Assembly (NCBI GenBank): GCA_951406725.2
Contig: OX597832.1
Location: forward strand, 9,300,001-9,364,000
DNA length: 64,000 bases
Direction: 5' to 3'
From: Octopus vulgaris
Lineage: Eukaryota
In this document: piece by piece, positions 12,078-27,049 of the stretch
Layout: every line of letters starts with the position of its first letter
How positions within the stretch are numbered: the first letter of the stretch is position 1
Position numbers and translations under genes: made by a program
Notes under the pieces: model-generated
The model's database searches: none
What the model was told of the DNA's origin: nothing
What the model saw: the letters and a program-made list of their open reading frames with translations, nothing else

Positions 12078-12967
12078 GTGTGTGTGTGTGTGTGTGTGAA
12101 TTTGTAAGTGGGTGCGAGTGTGTATGTATACTTGTACGTACGTATTATAGTATCTCCTTCCATATAACTTCTCTGAATATCGATTTTGATATTCTGATAT
12201 GGAACATTTTATGTTTTTTTAAGCAAAATTGTATTACATTACCACATTCTTTCATACTTTATGATAGTTCAGTTATAATATTAGTGACTTCCTAAGTGGT
12301 TCTTTCATTCGATTCTGCGACGTCTTGTGTTAGACTATGAAATAAATCCACTCTAATATTCTCAAACATTGACAATATGTATTAATAAGAAAATAAATAT
12401 TTTAAACATCAAAATTTATATTACTAACAAAAAAGCGTTGTACTTTAATTGTGATTCATTCGTTTTACTTGTGAAACAATTAATTGAAGGTAACATATAC
12501 TCAGAAACCTATGAAGAATTAAATCCAATAGGTTTCTCCTTATTCAAGAGGTTACTAACCAGTTTGAAGGCAGACGTCTAACGTATGTCCACCATGACCA
12601 AGTACACTATCTAGATTAAGTGATTTGCTACTTTTCAAATGCTATCAATGCAAGTGCATTAGATATACAAATACAAAATGTTAGAATATGACACAATATC
12701 ATATTCCAAATAGCTGCCAATGAAATCCTTCATTTTAGTCACATGCCACATAGGGGGGGGGGGGCTCAGAGTATCTATGCACAGAGTAACTTATTTTTTC
12801 TTGTCTTCTTTCGTGACATTTTGATCCATTTCTTATATCAAATTCCTTTGTATTTTTTCACGATTTTTTAATTTCTCACTGCTGAGCGCCCTTGTATTTA
12901 AAATGTATACGTGAACTGATCCCGAAAAATTGCTTGGAGATACATGACGTATTACATAAATATGCCT

Positions 12968-13180
12968 AAGGCGGCAAGTTGGCAGAAACGTTTGCAAGCC
13001 GGGCGAAATGCTTACGGTAGTTCGTCTGTCTTTACGTTCTGAGATCAAATTCTGCCAAGGTCTACTTTGCCTTCGATTCTTTCGAGGTTGATGCATTAAG
13101 TACCAGTTGCGTACTGGGGTCGATATAATCGACCGGCTCCCTCCCCAACAATTTCGGTCCTTGGGCATAGAGTAGAAAAT
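12968..13180 (+). mobile_element. SINE family A, near full-length monomer
   Basis: aaggcggcaagttggcagaaacg head, B-box-like gagatcaaattc, and core and tail shared with several copies in the window. Confidence 0.88.
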
Positions 13181-13616
13181 ATTATATAAGCATGACTAAT
13201 TAGAGTATAATAAAAGCTTAAAACTATTAGTCGTTATTTTGGCTATGTATGCATGCAATCTTCTCTGCATGCAACATACATATGCTATTACAACATCCCA
13301 CTCTTTCCATTGGATAACCATAAAATGTTGCGAGTGCTGCACTTCTACCCTCCGCAGCCTGAAAGGTGAACAGCTGCAACATTACGTTCGGAATTGTTTC
13401 AGTTAAGTCAACAGGCGTTACATAATATACAGCAGATTGCTGAATCTTGAGAGGCATTGCCCGCTCTATCGGCCGCTTCATTCACATTATGAATGCAGCA
13501 ACAATACACAATATATAAGCCATGTACGTGTGTGCATACATATAAACACAATCACATACTCAGACACACACAGAGACACACACATACGTATACATGTAAA
13601 TATATGTATGTATGTA

Positions 13617-13665
<49 letters not shown>

Positions 13666-13725
13666 CAAAATATATAAATACACATGTATATATGTGTATG
13701 TATGTATGCATGTATGTATAAATAT

Positions 13726-13756
<31 letters not shown>

Positions 13757-13851
13757 CAGAAATATGTAAATACACATGTATATGTATGTATGTATGTATA
13801 TATAAATATAAATATACATACATACAAGCTTATATATATATATTCATACAT

Positions 13852-14158
<307 letters not shown>

Positions 14159-14906
14159 TATACCATGCATGCATACACACACAGACGACAACTGAGGAAA
14201 TGAATTTCTCTTGGCCAAATCTTCTCCCAGTTTGATGAGTGGAGAAGCACCTTCTATAGCATTTTTAAATGTATGTATATATATATATATTGAAAAAGAA
14301 GGTTGATTAGAAATTCTTTCACAATGTAGAGGTTTAGAATAAGAAGTGCTCAAGTGTAACTTGAGACGAAATATATAAATATGTAATGTGAAGAAACAAA
14401 AGACCTGGTAATTCAATCCGCAAAAATGACTCCGATTGGAGATGGATTTAATGAAAAAGAAACTATCAAATAGTGGGTACTATATACCCTTATTTTCCCC
14501 GCAATGTCCCTCAGAAACGACTGTTGGTACCATGCTTTAACTAATTTTCACCATCCCGAATTTCAACTTCACTCCTTATTGTATCAATTAGTTCACTTCT
14601 GTCACCACTTCTAATTTGCTCCAATATTTTTACCTATACACGCATGTTTTAACGTTTTTATGCCTGAATTCGAGGATTTTGTTAAAATCTATTAATTTAC
14701 ACATATATATATTTAATATGTTTATTTATTTATATATTTTAAAGAAATATCTATGCTTTAATATATTTTTATTCTATCATGCACATTAGTCATTTAAACA
14801 CATATCCAATAGGAGTCATGCGTACGGATTAAATAAGCAAATCTTTTGTTTCTTCATATTACATATATGTGTCTGTGTGTGTTTGTATGTGTGTATACAT
14901 AAATCC

Positions 14907-14981
<75 letters not shown>

Positions 14982-16649
14982 TGTATGTGTGTATATTGCG
15001 AGAAAGATTGAGACAGAGAGAGATAGATGAATATATTACAAAATAGATAGGTATATAGCGAAAGAGCTGTTAAATACAAGCCAACACGTGATTTTACGCA
15101 CAAATACACTCCGTAGCATATACATTTACTCACGCACACGCATATGATAGACGTCAAAATATGCCCATAAGTTTTCGAATACGTTTTGATCTTAAAACTC
15201 CACCAAACTGCTTTCATATCTCAGCTTACATTGTATGAATGTAGACAAAAGTAAAATAAACAATTTTTGTCAGTGGCTGTATTTGATACGCTTTTCTTTT
15301 TTTCCGTTTATATTCCCAACATAACATTATAATTAGACCTTCATTTCTTCAACTAAATTTATATATTTCTTATTTCTGTTTTCTTCAATTGCATTTACGT
15401 TTATTCTCTTTTGATTTCAACATAGCGATATCTTTCTGTAAATTATTATTTCAAATATATTCCAAAATTTTCTATTCATTTTGCTTTGGTTCTCACTTCC
15501 ACGTCTGTCTGTTTATTATTCTTTTTAATTTCCTTCATACGATACTAACATTTCATGCGGATTTTTTTCTTTCACCTAAGATATAGTTTGGTTTCTTGGC
15601 TGGTCTCAGATTTCTGAAATATTTCTCCCCCTCTACGATTCATTATTTCCCTTCTTTTATCCATTATTCTAACGTCCAACTGCGTTTCAATTACCCTTTA
15701 TTCCACTGATTTATTACTTTTCTCACCGTCAGAGATCTTTTGTTAATTAGCAAAACACGAAGAGAAACCAGCAACACAAAGGTATGAAGCAAATAACCTC
15801 ATAGCGTGTTATCTCAAAACTTCCCAATCACAAACACTATTTGACAAAATATGGCGACGGGGTAGCGTAAAAATGATAGTAAAATATAAAGATGTATTAA
15901 TTAACTGTCAGACAGCTATTGTGATTGATTTAAAATTTAAACAAATGTCACCTTGCTTTCTTTTTTTACTTCCTTGAAAGCATTTCCATTTGCAAATAGA
16001 TCAGATTCGTTGTGTTTATCTGACACCTGATACTTGGTGTTTGAAAGTTGGTAAAATGAAAAAGCAATTTGCTGATGAGATGTGTACATCATATAATACG
16101 TCATAGTGCTATCATCATTACTATTTTTTTCTATACTGCCGTTCTATCTGTTCTTGTTTTTGTTGTTTCCCGAGCTTCGAAACCGGATACGTCTTAACTC
16201 CAAACGTTCTTAATATATATCTGGACTAATTCTCCCGATAGAATTTCGAAGTGTTATCGCATAAGATAGTAACAAACCAGAGTACTTATAACCTCTCACT
16301 GTCTTAAGGAAACGAAAACTATTTTTATCATCGTCTACTAAATAGCAGATTGCTATCATGTATAGTGTTGGCACAACTGTTAAATTCTACTGAGAAAAAT
16401 GTTATTTTTTGTTATAAAAGATGCCGTAGAAATTACCGAGGGGCAACCGTTTATTAATGGTAATTTGTGATTCGTCTGAGCATTTGATAACTATAATTAT
16501 TAGTAATACTCCATCAACTTCCAGTTATAAAACATAAATTACTATACCACCCCACATACAAACACTAGACAACCACTGCAATTACCAACAATATCTCAAG
16601 TGCTACCAGTCATGGTAACAAGTCGAGTGCTGCCAATGACATATGTTGC

Positions 16650-17480
16650 TAAATACATCAGAAAATACACCAAATATATATTCAGTAATAAGGTTTGCAG
16701 GAAATGAATGATCAAAGTGACAATCCAGATTTTGCTATCTGAAATATAATTTACATACTCCTCAATTCCATACAGAGGTATCCTGACGTAACTAACAAAA
16801 ACGTATCATACGAAACCATGTCTGAAGACTTGTAGCAAATCCGCGCCCTCATTCCTTTGCAGAGTAGAGATTTCATAATATTACAAGTTGGTAGCAGACG
16901 GGCAAGTGCTACACAGGGTAGCATCGTCCATCAGAGTGTTTTATATCCTCAGATAGGAATTGTGCACATTTGTCGTTTCCAACAAGTGACCGAAAATAAT
17001 TTCGTGTTTCACGTCCCAATGCAGGTATAGTAAATTATCCCCTTCCTTACAAAGGGGTTTCTCTCCCCGTTGTGTCCCTTGGTCATAGGAAATGCATGTC
17101 CAATGACTCTGAGTAAAAAAAAAAACAGAAATAGATACTCAAGAAACAAGAAAGCAATGGGATCAAACAACACTGTCAAGCGACTTAAGAAGGAAATTTG
17201 TACGCTTTGTAACTTTAAGAATGTTCGTGAAATCTTTGATTCCTTCTGTCCATCAAGGCAAATGTTTTTAGGTCTTGCTGGTGTAGTAACCTATTGTTGA
17301 AAACCGAAAGCTCTAATATTGTTTTGCTAAATTATCATTATTAGTTCTCTTTTACGGTGACGTGTAAAATACCAAAAACCTGGAAACCAAAGGCGCGCCC
17401 CTTTGTCTGTAGAACTATACTGGATAAAACTTCAGCATGACCGACCGAAAATTTCTGCGCCACATTAATAAGGGACAAAC
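16650..17480 (+). pseudogene. Possible very decayed Penelope-like RT/GIY-YIG remnant
   Basis: Fragments in the expected order across stops and frameshifts: YIQ**GLQEM..NPDFA, QRYPDV (~RYIDD), SVLYPQ...HIC (~SIPYSQ..RIC), FLTKGF (~FL.RGY), PLCL*NYTG (~C..C...YIG). Confidence 0.35.
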
Positions 17481-17758
17481 CACGATGTGTGTTAAAACTA
17501 GTTAAGAAATACAAGAACCAGTCCACTACAAACTAAATCGAAAAATACAACGAATGCAACAGTAACAGCAGCTAAATCGACATAAACAAACACAAGCAGT
17601 AACCCAAAACTTATAGTGTGCTCAGCCGCAAATATAAATAAAAGCTATGTACACGTTTATATATCAAATCCAATTCATAGATATAAAACTGAATTAAAAC
17701 GGAAATTAAAGCGTCTTTTGAAGAATTCTTCTCCTTAATATCGCAATTTTAACCATAC

Positions 17759-17922
17759 GAGCAGGCCTAGCTGTATTGTAAGAAGCTTACCTACCAGTCA
17801 CAAGGCTCCGGCTCCAGTCGAACTGTTTGGAACTTTGGACAAATGTCTTCTACTATAACCTTGAGCCGGACAAAAGTGTGTGTATGTGATTCGGTAGCCG
17901 GAAACTGAAAACAACTTGTCGT

Positions 17923-17955
<33 letters not shown>

Positions 17956-18230
17956 TACTTATAGACAGACATACATACACATATACAAATGCGTGTGTGC
18001 AGGTGTGCGTGTGCATGTGTATCTTTGTGTCTCTGATTGTCACCCACCATCACTTGGCAGTCGGTGGTGTTGCTGTGTTTATATCCCCCGTATCTCCCGT
18101 TTCTGCAAAAGAGATCAAACTTAAATGAGGTACTGGGATTGATTCATTCAACAAAAATTTCGCCAAGGCTGTGCCCCAGCATGGCCTCAGTGTAATGACT
18201 GAAAAAAGTTAGAGATAAAAGATAAAAAGA
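17759..18230 (+). mobile_element. SINE family B copy (diverged; internal TA/TG tract)
   Basis: Colinear with 28489-28888 and 47936-48358. Confidence 0.85.
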
Positions 18231-18399
18231 TTATGGAAGAAGTCAGTCGACGTCCACAGAATTGCAAATAAATTGCTATGTAATGTTATTTACAAAAAAG
18301 TGAGCAACGTAATTTGTAGAGAAACATCCTTTTCTTAGTAAAACACCGAATTATCCTAATTTTCGAAGATCAAGGAAGCTAACTGACCTTTCAGTCTTA

Positions 18400-19680
18400 T
18401 GAATAAAACATCTAATCCTAGAACTCTTAATTTTATACATTCATATACTACATGTAAACAGCCAGCGTAATGTTAGTTATAGTTATTTTTCAACATTCTC
18501 CAAATATCTAAATTTAGGTGTTTGTTTTCACTATCTTCATATGTTTTTCTGTTGGAATATTTTGAAGTTCTCCCTTTATTTCAACCCTTCAGTCAGGAAA
18601 TTAAGTTGTAACTTTTTCAACCATATCTAATTTTATTTTTTCTGTTTTTAAGCAATGCAATCTCCCCTGGGAATTTGGCATGTATGTAATTTTATTTCTT
18701 CCAGCATCTTAGCATTTTGTAATTCTAAATCTCGTTTCTTTCTTGACATATTCTATGTTCCGCTTGCATCTGTATGGGGTTAGCTTGGCGCTTTTCCACA
18801 TACGTTATACTTTAACTGGGAAAGAAGTAAACAAATCTGTTAATTTATTCAATGTTTAAAGATATTTCTCAAAAAGAGTCTTTTCACTTTTTTTATTATT
18901 ACTTCAGTTATTCAAGTAAAAAAACCCCAGTTATTCTGGAATTTTTCTCTGTTATTTTTATTTCTTTTTATATATTCTAAATATAAATCTGCCCTTCCGT
19001 TTCTGTTTGTATGATTTATCTAATTGATTTATTCACATAGGAATAAATTAACTGTTAATTAATTACATTTGGAACCTCTACTATATTGTTGATTATATAT
19101 ATTTCGAATTTCATAAATGAGTACACATTTACTTATTATATATGTACCTAGTTTCATGGTTGAAATGATGTGTCTAAAAGACGCATAAGGATGGTAAAGA
19201 GAAATTCAATTTACTCCAGTCATGTTATATGGCTTGCTTTCTTATTCAAATTTGTTTCTATTTAACGTATTCTTATATTTTAAGTATGATAAAATAACAA
19301 AAATCTTTCGAATCGCTATGCATCTGCGCACGCTTTCATTTCATGTTCTGAGTCCTGACTATCATCTTATCTATCAATAATGTTTTTCCCGAACGAAATA
19401 TGTCTAGGCCCTAATATTTCTGTCCTGAATGTCATATGAATATTTGTTGCTGTGTCTCCACTCTCGTTCGCCTCTGATTAATGCTGACAGAAAACGTGTC
19501 ATCATGTAATTTGGAGTATCTAAAACCATATTGGTTATTGAGTCTCTTTAAAACATCTGATTTTGATTTTCTTGATTCTAGATACGACTCTCTACAGTTC
19601 CAGGAAAGCTGATATTTTCAATTTTATTTCTTGTAGACCTTGATATATGCTGCAATATCGCTGATGAGTTTTTGTATACA
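18400..19680 (-). pseudogene. Possible decayed CR1/L2-like LINE ORF2 (APE and start of RT)
   Basis: Purine-rich minus strand with weak ordered motifs (~NI.GL.NKIE, ET....IPNY, MTG.N, MWKSAKLTP). Confidence 0.35.
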
Positions 19681-22459
19681 CTAAACACGGAATATCAATT
19701 TTATTCCTCTGGGTCAATATGGACAATGTTGCAGGATGTTGGCCATGGTGTGACTTTTCCCTTCACGTCTTCTGTAGTATGTTTTTAGTTCTGTTTTCGA
19801 GTTGCTTTTTGCCTCTTTGATTTTTTTCTGCTATGTTGTCATCTGAGATCAGTGTATCATTGCACTTTGATTCTGTTCTGCATTTCTTGTCGCCTCGTTG
19901 TGTATAGAGAAAAGCGGATTTCTTTTTATCGTGTTCTTTTATTGCATTTATATATATTCTACATTTTTGCTTCGAAGTACATTTCTAGTCCAACAGTTTT
20001 TAAAAATTTTATAGGAGTTCTATATTTGCGTGAGGCCACGACCACCTGTGCGGGGTAGATATATTTTGTGTCGAACCAACCTTACCCTTAATAGTATCTT
20101 CTTTAAAATTTGCTGGCGTTGAGTTTATATTAGAAATCATTATTAAATGATGGAGATTTGGCAGAATAGTTTGGCATAGTTTGCATAATTTCGAAGAACA
20201 TTTATGAAAAGTTTGCATTTCCTTAACTCAAATCATTAAAATACATGTCTGTCAAGCACTAGAGTAGTTGCGGTCGGCTTAAAACTTCAATGGGAAGGCA
20301 TGAATTACAAAGAACTAATGTTGTTGTTGCATTAGTGTTTAGTATTTGTTCCAATGAACACGTGTACAATCGTTCCAACTAATGTGTCATATCTAGGAGC
20401 ATAGTAAAAATTGTTAGAACATCATAGCATAAAGAGACAATTATAAATTCCTAATCACACACGAAATCATAAATAGAACTGCATTATTCAACAACAGCAG
20501 CCGAAACATCACCAGCGACATTAGCAGTAAATCATCACTTTTTAATGGAAAAGAAAGGTAAAATAAAAAGCAATGATCAATTTAGGTAAAGAACGATGGA
20601 TATCCGAATAAATATATTGCTTTCGAACCCGGGCAATGTTTCTCTGCGGAAAGTTAATTTGCTTTTTTCTGTAAGTAGTAGGTGGTACCTCTAAATGTAG
20701 TGATTAAGGAGAAGACACAAGCTTTGTGTGACAATAAATATTCGTTATCGACCGAAGGAGTTGACACGTGAACGTGTTCCCGTTGTTTAGCCTTATCGCG
20801 CGGTGTTCCTTGTACAGCGGCAATAGTCTAAATTTAATCTCTTTCAGACTTCTGTTTATAGCGGTAATGAACGACGCATGTAGAAAAAAAAATCAAATTA
20901 CGAAAAGCAGACAACCGATCACGTTGCAACATTGTAATCAGATGTGTTTTTGACTCATTGTTAATGACATCCTCCATAGCTGTTGCTTACTTTTGCTTGT
21001 AATCGAAAATAAAACGATTTTTTTCGAAGAAACGGGCTTGTGATGAAGCCAGCACTTGATTTGGTAAACAAGGAAGGTCTAGACTCAACAGTTGCAGAAA
21101 TTATTGATTGAATTTACTCTTCGAACGGTGAGTTTAGCTGCACGCAGGCAATGAGAGTGATTAAGATAACTAAGCTGTTGAAAATTATGTGGAAATTGGC
21201 GATACGTATGACAAAATACGGTAGCTGAGAGATAAGTAGTAGTACTAGAAGAAACAAGCCCCGCGGGCGGTTTTCCGATGGTTTCCTGATACTATTTTCA
21301 CATTTGATTCCCATTTCTAATAATTTTTACATTTTACGTCTAATTATTTGTTTGTAGTATAGTGCTCACTTGCTTAGTGCATATTGCTTTCATTATTTTA
21401 TTACAGCCATAACCTCTCTTTCTTAAACAAACGTCCTGATAGTCCAATAACAGAACGAGAATCTGTTTGTCAAGTTTTAACTTCCACTCAAAGCAACATA
21501 GAAATGTCAATTCAGTAGCCCATCTGTAAGCTTTGCAGTGTGTGCGTGTGTGAGATAGAGAGGAGGAGAGAACATTCTAAACAAGGATTGAAATAAACAT
21601 GAAGTGAAAAAATCGTATAAATAAACGGTATTACTACATATGTATATGCCCCCGATTTTGTTGCCTCATGACATCCAGAAAAATGGATACATTTTAACAA
21701 AATTTTCTACAAATTCCGTCTAAATATTGTGGCTTCCGAGTATATCGGGATTTATGTGAAAGACGTTTTGCACCGGGGTGGAGAGAAGAGTTTTAGAAAA
21801 TTCACACGATCTGAATTTGTGCTCTTATAACTTTCAGGAAGATGGCTATCTTTTAATGAACATTTATACAAATCCCTTTCAAAGGCATAGACTACGATTA
21901 TAATGAAATATGTGGAGAAAATATTTTCAGTTATTTTCCTCATTTTTTCCAATCATAGCCTTCCAAATGGGGTAGTGGTATCTTTGTATGAAAAAAAGTT
22001 TTGTAAACTCTTGTTTCTACATCCCCTCCTTCATCATTTCACTCCGGACCTATTTTTGCCAATTTGTTTGAAGAGTATTTTCGGAAAAATTTTTTTTTTA
22101 AATTGTTAATGTTTTCAGATGGAAATGTGTGGGACTTAAGGGCGATGTAGCTGTTTTTCCAGCATATCCAAAGGCAACCCTCCATATTTCTTTATTACAT
22201 TCGCATGCATTGATGCTTCTTTAATATTTCCCCCCATAAATACATTTATACGCTATATAAAAAGATTGTTTCTGTGTAGAAATTAAAATATTGGAGACCC
22301 TGAGAAGGTGAATACTGGCATTTATCCACAGTGATTAAAAAATGTACGATGTTCTTGCATAGCAAGTGACTTGATCTGAGATCTTGTGCTGAAACAAAAA
22401 CAATCGCATCGTAGATAATTATAAGCCATTTAAGAACACATAGAAACCGTTGGTTTCAC

Positions 22460-22655
22460 GGCCTTACTTAAGTACAGATGTCCCGATGCATATACGTAAC
22501 GATATGAAGGAAAGTGTTACTTTTAGGGTTAGGTTTTAGGGTGTAAGTTAGGGCTGGCTTTAGGGTTAGTGAGAGTTACACGTCCACTCAGCGTACTTTA
22601 AACATTTTTTGTACGTAACACCAGTATTTAGGGGGTACGGTTAAGCTACCTTTAT
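22460..22655. repeat. Small insert with degenerate TTAGGG-like repeats
   Basis: ttttagggttaggttttagggtgtaagttagggctggctttagggttag at about 22521-22569. Confidence 0.55.
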
Positions 22656-23535
22656 ATTTAATTAGTTCAAGTTCCACGTCAACATTGAAATTTAATTTGT
22701 GTCAATATATTTTATTCGCTATGAAACCGTGACCTGTTGACTGACAAAACATGGAAGAATTAATGCAGCACGAAGTTTTGTTGGAGAACAGCAAACACAC
22801 ATACGCACTGACACATTCACTGCCTGGTAGTGGTTAAGAAAAAGAGAAAAAAAAAGAAATTTGGTAGTGGTTAAATGATATAGAGACATTCACCGCCTTT
22901 CACTTATGTGCATGTGTATGCGCCAGTGTGTCACTGTTGAAGTCGCTCGTGCAACTTGTGTTTATATTGGCTTAGTGGTACACTGTTTGCAAACTGTGAA
23001 TAAGGCGCATGCTTCGAGTACTTGTCGGTAACTTTTTTCTTCTCGTCTTCTAATAGTAATTACCCAACTTTCTAGGCTCTTGTCACAGCTATCTCGCAGC
23101 TATCACACGTACAAAAATTATAGGGGTATATAAAAAAATTATTCAATGAATAATAAATTGCGTATACATTAATAGAATAATAAAGAATAACTTACGTATA
23201 CATTAATAAAATAAACTGTAGGTTTTCCAAATAGTGAATGGGTACTTAAAAGAGAAAGTGAGAGACTTTGCAAATGAAAAGGAAATACACCGCAGAGAAT
23301 GCAATGAATATCTAAATCTGTGAGAAACTGGGCGCAGTGAATGCAATGAATATTTAAATTTACGAGAAAACGGAGTTAAAAATATTTGAGAAATTTAAAT
23401 CATAGGAAATTTCTTAGAACATATATTTACAAAAATATTTCCAGACAATCAACTCTTCAATAATTGCTTTCTTTTAGTACTCTTATTAATTGTCACATAT
23501 CTAATTGATAAGCATATTTCTCCATTATAGTATAG

Positions 23536-23651
<116 letters not shown>

Positions 23652-23734
23652 CATAAATCATTATTCTACTGATTTTGTTAGTCATTTTTGTGATTATGTC
23701 TATTAATTTCGATGCAATGAACCTATATTGTTGC

Positions 23735-23793
<59 letters not shown>

Positions 23794-24444
23794 CTTGTTA
23801 TTGTTAATCTCCTTAAATATTTTGTGATTCTGTCAATTGGTTTGCTTGCAATCGTTACTTCTGGGCTTGATTTCGCTCATGAGTCCACGTGGAGGCTAAA
23901 ATTAGACATGAAGGCTCAAATTCGAGAAAGTTAAGACCAGCAATAAACAAAGAGGATGATAAAGCTATATATATTTCTGAAGAAAGTTTACAATTGTTGT
24001 GCATAGAGAAAAATAAAACGTGACATTTAAAATCAGTGATGACAGACTGTAATCATTTTTGTTGTAGAGTAACAATAAATGCGTTGTGAAAAACAACATC
24101 TAAACATCATAGGCAGATATTTCCCCATAAACATGAACTTAGTACGCTTCTTTTGAAGTTGAACTTTGGTGCTGAAACTGATGCTATTGTTACAAAATAT
24201 GTCACAGACATAACTCCTTCTGCGCTTTCATTTCGTAAATTTAAAATCAAATTATGTAAATAAATAGAATATCACAGATAGACATTAGTAACGGCAGCTG
24301 CAAGGACAAGAAAATATTATGCCACTTTTTCCTCTTGTCACACAACCACTCAATCTGCAGCTGAATTGAAAATAATATTATTTAATCAAATGTTTTCTAA
24401 AATTTCGACTTATATATCAATCTATAGTGTAAGATAATATTTGA

Positions 24445-24485
<41 letters not shown>

Positions 24486-24834
24486 TCTAATAATTATTAC
24501 ACAGTTATGTCGTTACTAGATTTTATGCGGATTACAAACATTTCTTTATTCTGGAATGCTTCAGTAATTGTCCAGTATAACTCTGTGCCACGAATGAATG
24601 GGATGGTCTGATATTTCGGCCATACGGTGACAAGTAACTATTAAAATATGTTTCTATGGGATTTATCAACAGGTGAATAGTACCAATTTTAAGAAACAGT
24701 TATTTATAGGATTACATATTTCATACAAAATTCACTGAAACTTTCCAATTAAAATACTATCATATATCATTATGCAAAGAAAGTTATCATTATTATATTA
24801 TATCACTGAATGTCTAAGGGGAATAGATAATACC

Positions 24835-25030
24835 AAGGTGGCAACAGGATAGACCTTTGCACGTCTGACAAAATGCTTAGTAGTGGTTCCTCCTGTTCCT
24901 TACACTCTGATTCAAATCCAACCATGAATTACTTTGCTTCACATTCTTTTGGGATAGATCAATAGCTTAAATATTGGAGTCACTTTAATCTCGTGCCTCC
25001 TAAAATTACTAATCGTGTACTAATATTTGG
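24835..25030 (+). mobile_element. Highly diverged SINE family A copy
   Basis: aaggtggcaac...gcacgtctgacaaaatgcttagtagt...ctctgattcaaatcc...actttgc follows the family A order. Confidence 0.55.
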
Positions 25031-26490
25031 GGCAATATTAAATAACACACAGAAGCTCACATTTAATGAAATACTGGTCACAATCGTCCACGTCTCATTG
25101 AGATGAAATTTCAAACGAATAGAAAATACCCTTATGTGATATATTCAGAAATTTACATTAAAAGACAGATATATTTCAGTTTTCACTCAATCATTTCCTG
25201 TCGGTGTGTTCAGATTTTCATCTGCTTCAATTCTCAATATTGATTGTTAGCATCTCAAGACATACTGGAAATGCTATTTTCATTCTACGCCTTTTGCAAT
25301 ATTGGCATAATATCCACATGATTTCCTTTTCAGTCTAATTATTCATAGACTTTGGGAAGATTGCCAATTAGAGATTTATATCGAAGACGAATCATGAATG
25401 ATAGTATTTTTTTTTAGCATATAGAAACGTTATGTCTCGATTTCATCGGAACTGAAAGGTAGCAAGCAGACGCACGGCAGCTAACAGTATGAAATTCTTA
25501 TTTTGAAGAATTAATGAAAACATGGACACACTGTTAGATAAATTCTGAACCATTTCCTTTAATGTGTATATTTATGATGTTTTTGCTGGTGAGTTTTCAG
25601 TGTGACCTTCTTTGAGCAGACACACTGCACCAAAGTTTTCAAATACGATATTATCGTACGTTATTTCAATATAAAAAATAAGATTATTCGATGTGTCCTT
25701 CTTTATTTGAGATCGTAATGTGTGATATCAATGAAACATGGCTGCTGTTTCTTGTTGATTAAAGGACTTTAAATAACTGTAGAAAATAAAATGGAAGCCT
25801 TTCTATATTTAAACTAATGCAATTTCGGATTCCACACGTCTGTGTATTGTAGGTAAAGATAATATCAATGGATACTCACAGAAAGATGTTGAGCATATAT
25901 CACGGGAATTAGCTTTCATGTAAATCATTTTGTTCCTTTGATAATCAAGGGTTTCAAAAACATCTAAACAACTAGAGCATCGAAACAGATGCACACGTAA
26001 AAAGAAAATAACTAAAACAATTTCGATAGAGATAAGACAAAATATAACAAACTTATATTTGCAACGTTTAGTGACAGTTACTAAAGCATTCTGAATATCC
26101 TGTGCTCGGATGTTTATGATATGTCAAGTCAAAGACACACGAGCCGAAAATTAGATTGAGAGTGATGTAGATAAGATTGCTACGACTGGATACATGAAAT
26201 GCGCAATAATATAGTGATTTTCTTTCTTTCATGAGACGCATAGAATATATATTTAGAGTAAACAGGAATTGTAGTATCTGTGATTTCTCGCTGAGAAATA
26301 TACATGTATTACAGGAAAAGCAACAAAATGAATGGATATTCTGTACAATGTGAACCTGCAATTTGATTTACGACAGAAACCACAGGTCTAAAATGAAAGA
26401 ATACATTTAGACAAAAAACAAATCTATGTGATAAATATTTTCGGTGTATATCCGATAAATATCAGGCGTTATTACTCTCATAGACCACAT

Positions 26491-26531
<41 letters not shown>

Positions 26532-27049
26532 ATTAAATTAGGCTGCAGCTTAGCAATGCATCACCAAAAAGGAAAATGATAATTCTCGTTAAATATGACG
26601 GAGGGTGCTAGAACACCTACAATGCTAGAAATGAGAGCTAAAGCGTCGTGGTGCTGGACCAATTTAGCTCTTCTTTCTCGCATTCTAGGCGTTCTAACAT
26701 CCTCTGTCAAATTCATATATCTATATATCTATTTATATATATACATATATATATTGGGAATAAACAGAATATTGGGAATAAACAGATGAGCGCACTTCAT
26801 GATAAATGCAGAATACCAGTTGCCGCAGTGAAAATACTACATTACGCTTGGTCTGAGCAAATTTCGAATGTACAACTGCAAACAGGCACATTCATATACA
26901 CATACATTGAAACTTAGGGTTTTGGTAGTCGGCCTGAAGGGCCACTGTACGAAAACCAAGTACATACAGTCTACGTTCTTATATATTGGTCACTTAACAG
27001 TCAAAGACGGTGAAATAGAAGAGGTGAGCAGCAGTTATGTGTCACAGTC

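Noticed and set aside
13227-13481. Possible minus-strand exon after a tttcag acceptor near 13360
   Set aside because: No recognisable protein in any frame and no partner exons; needs RNA-seq.
16072-16110. Plus-strand CTGATGA followed by a small hairpin
   Set aside because: No GAAA or stem I closure, so not a hammerhead. The same applies to CTGATGA near 19661 and 56629.
16863-17024. Open 54-codon segment between ag and gt as a host exon
   Set aside because: Weak donor (gtatag); better explained as decayed PLE sequence.
20590-21000. Another PLE remnant (KNDGYPNKYI ... QHCNQ)
   Set aside because: Motifs are too few and weak to support a call.
22521-22569. True telomere or fusion site
   Set aside because: Too short and degenerate; no head-to-head CCCTAA.
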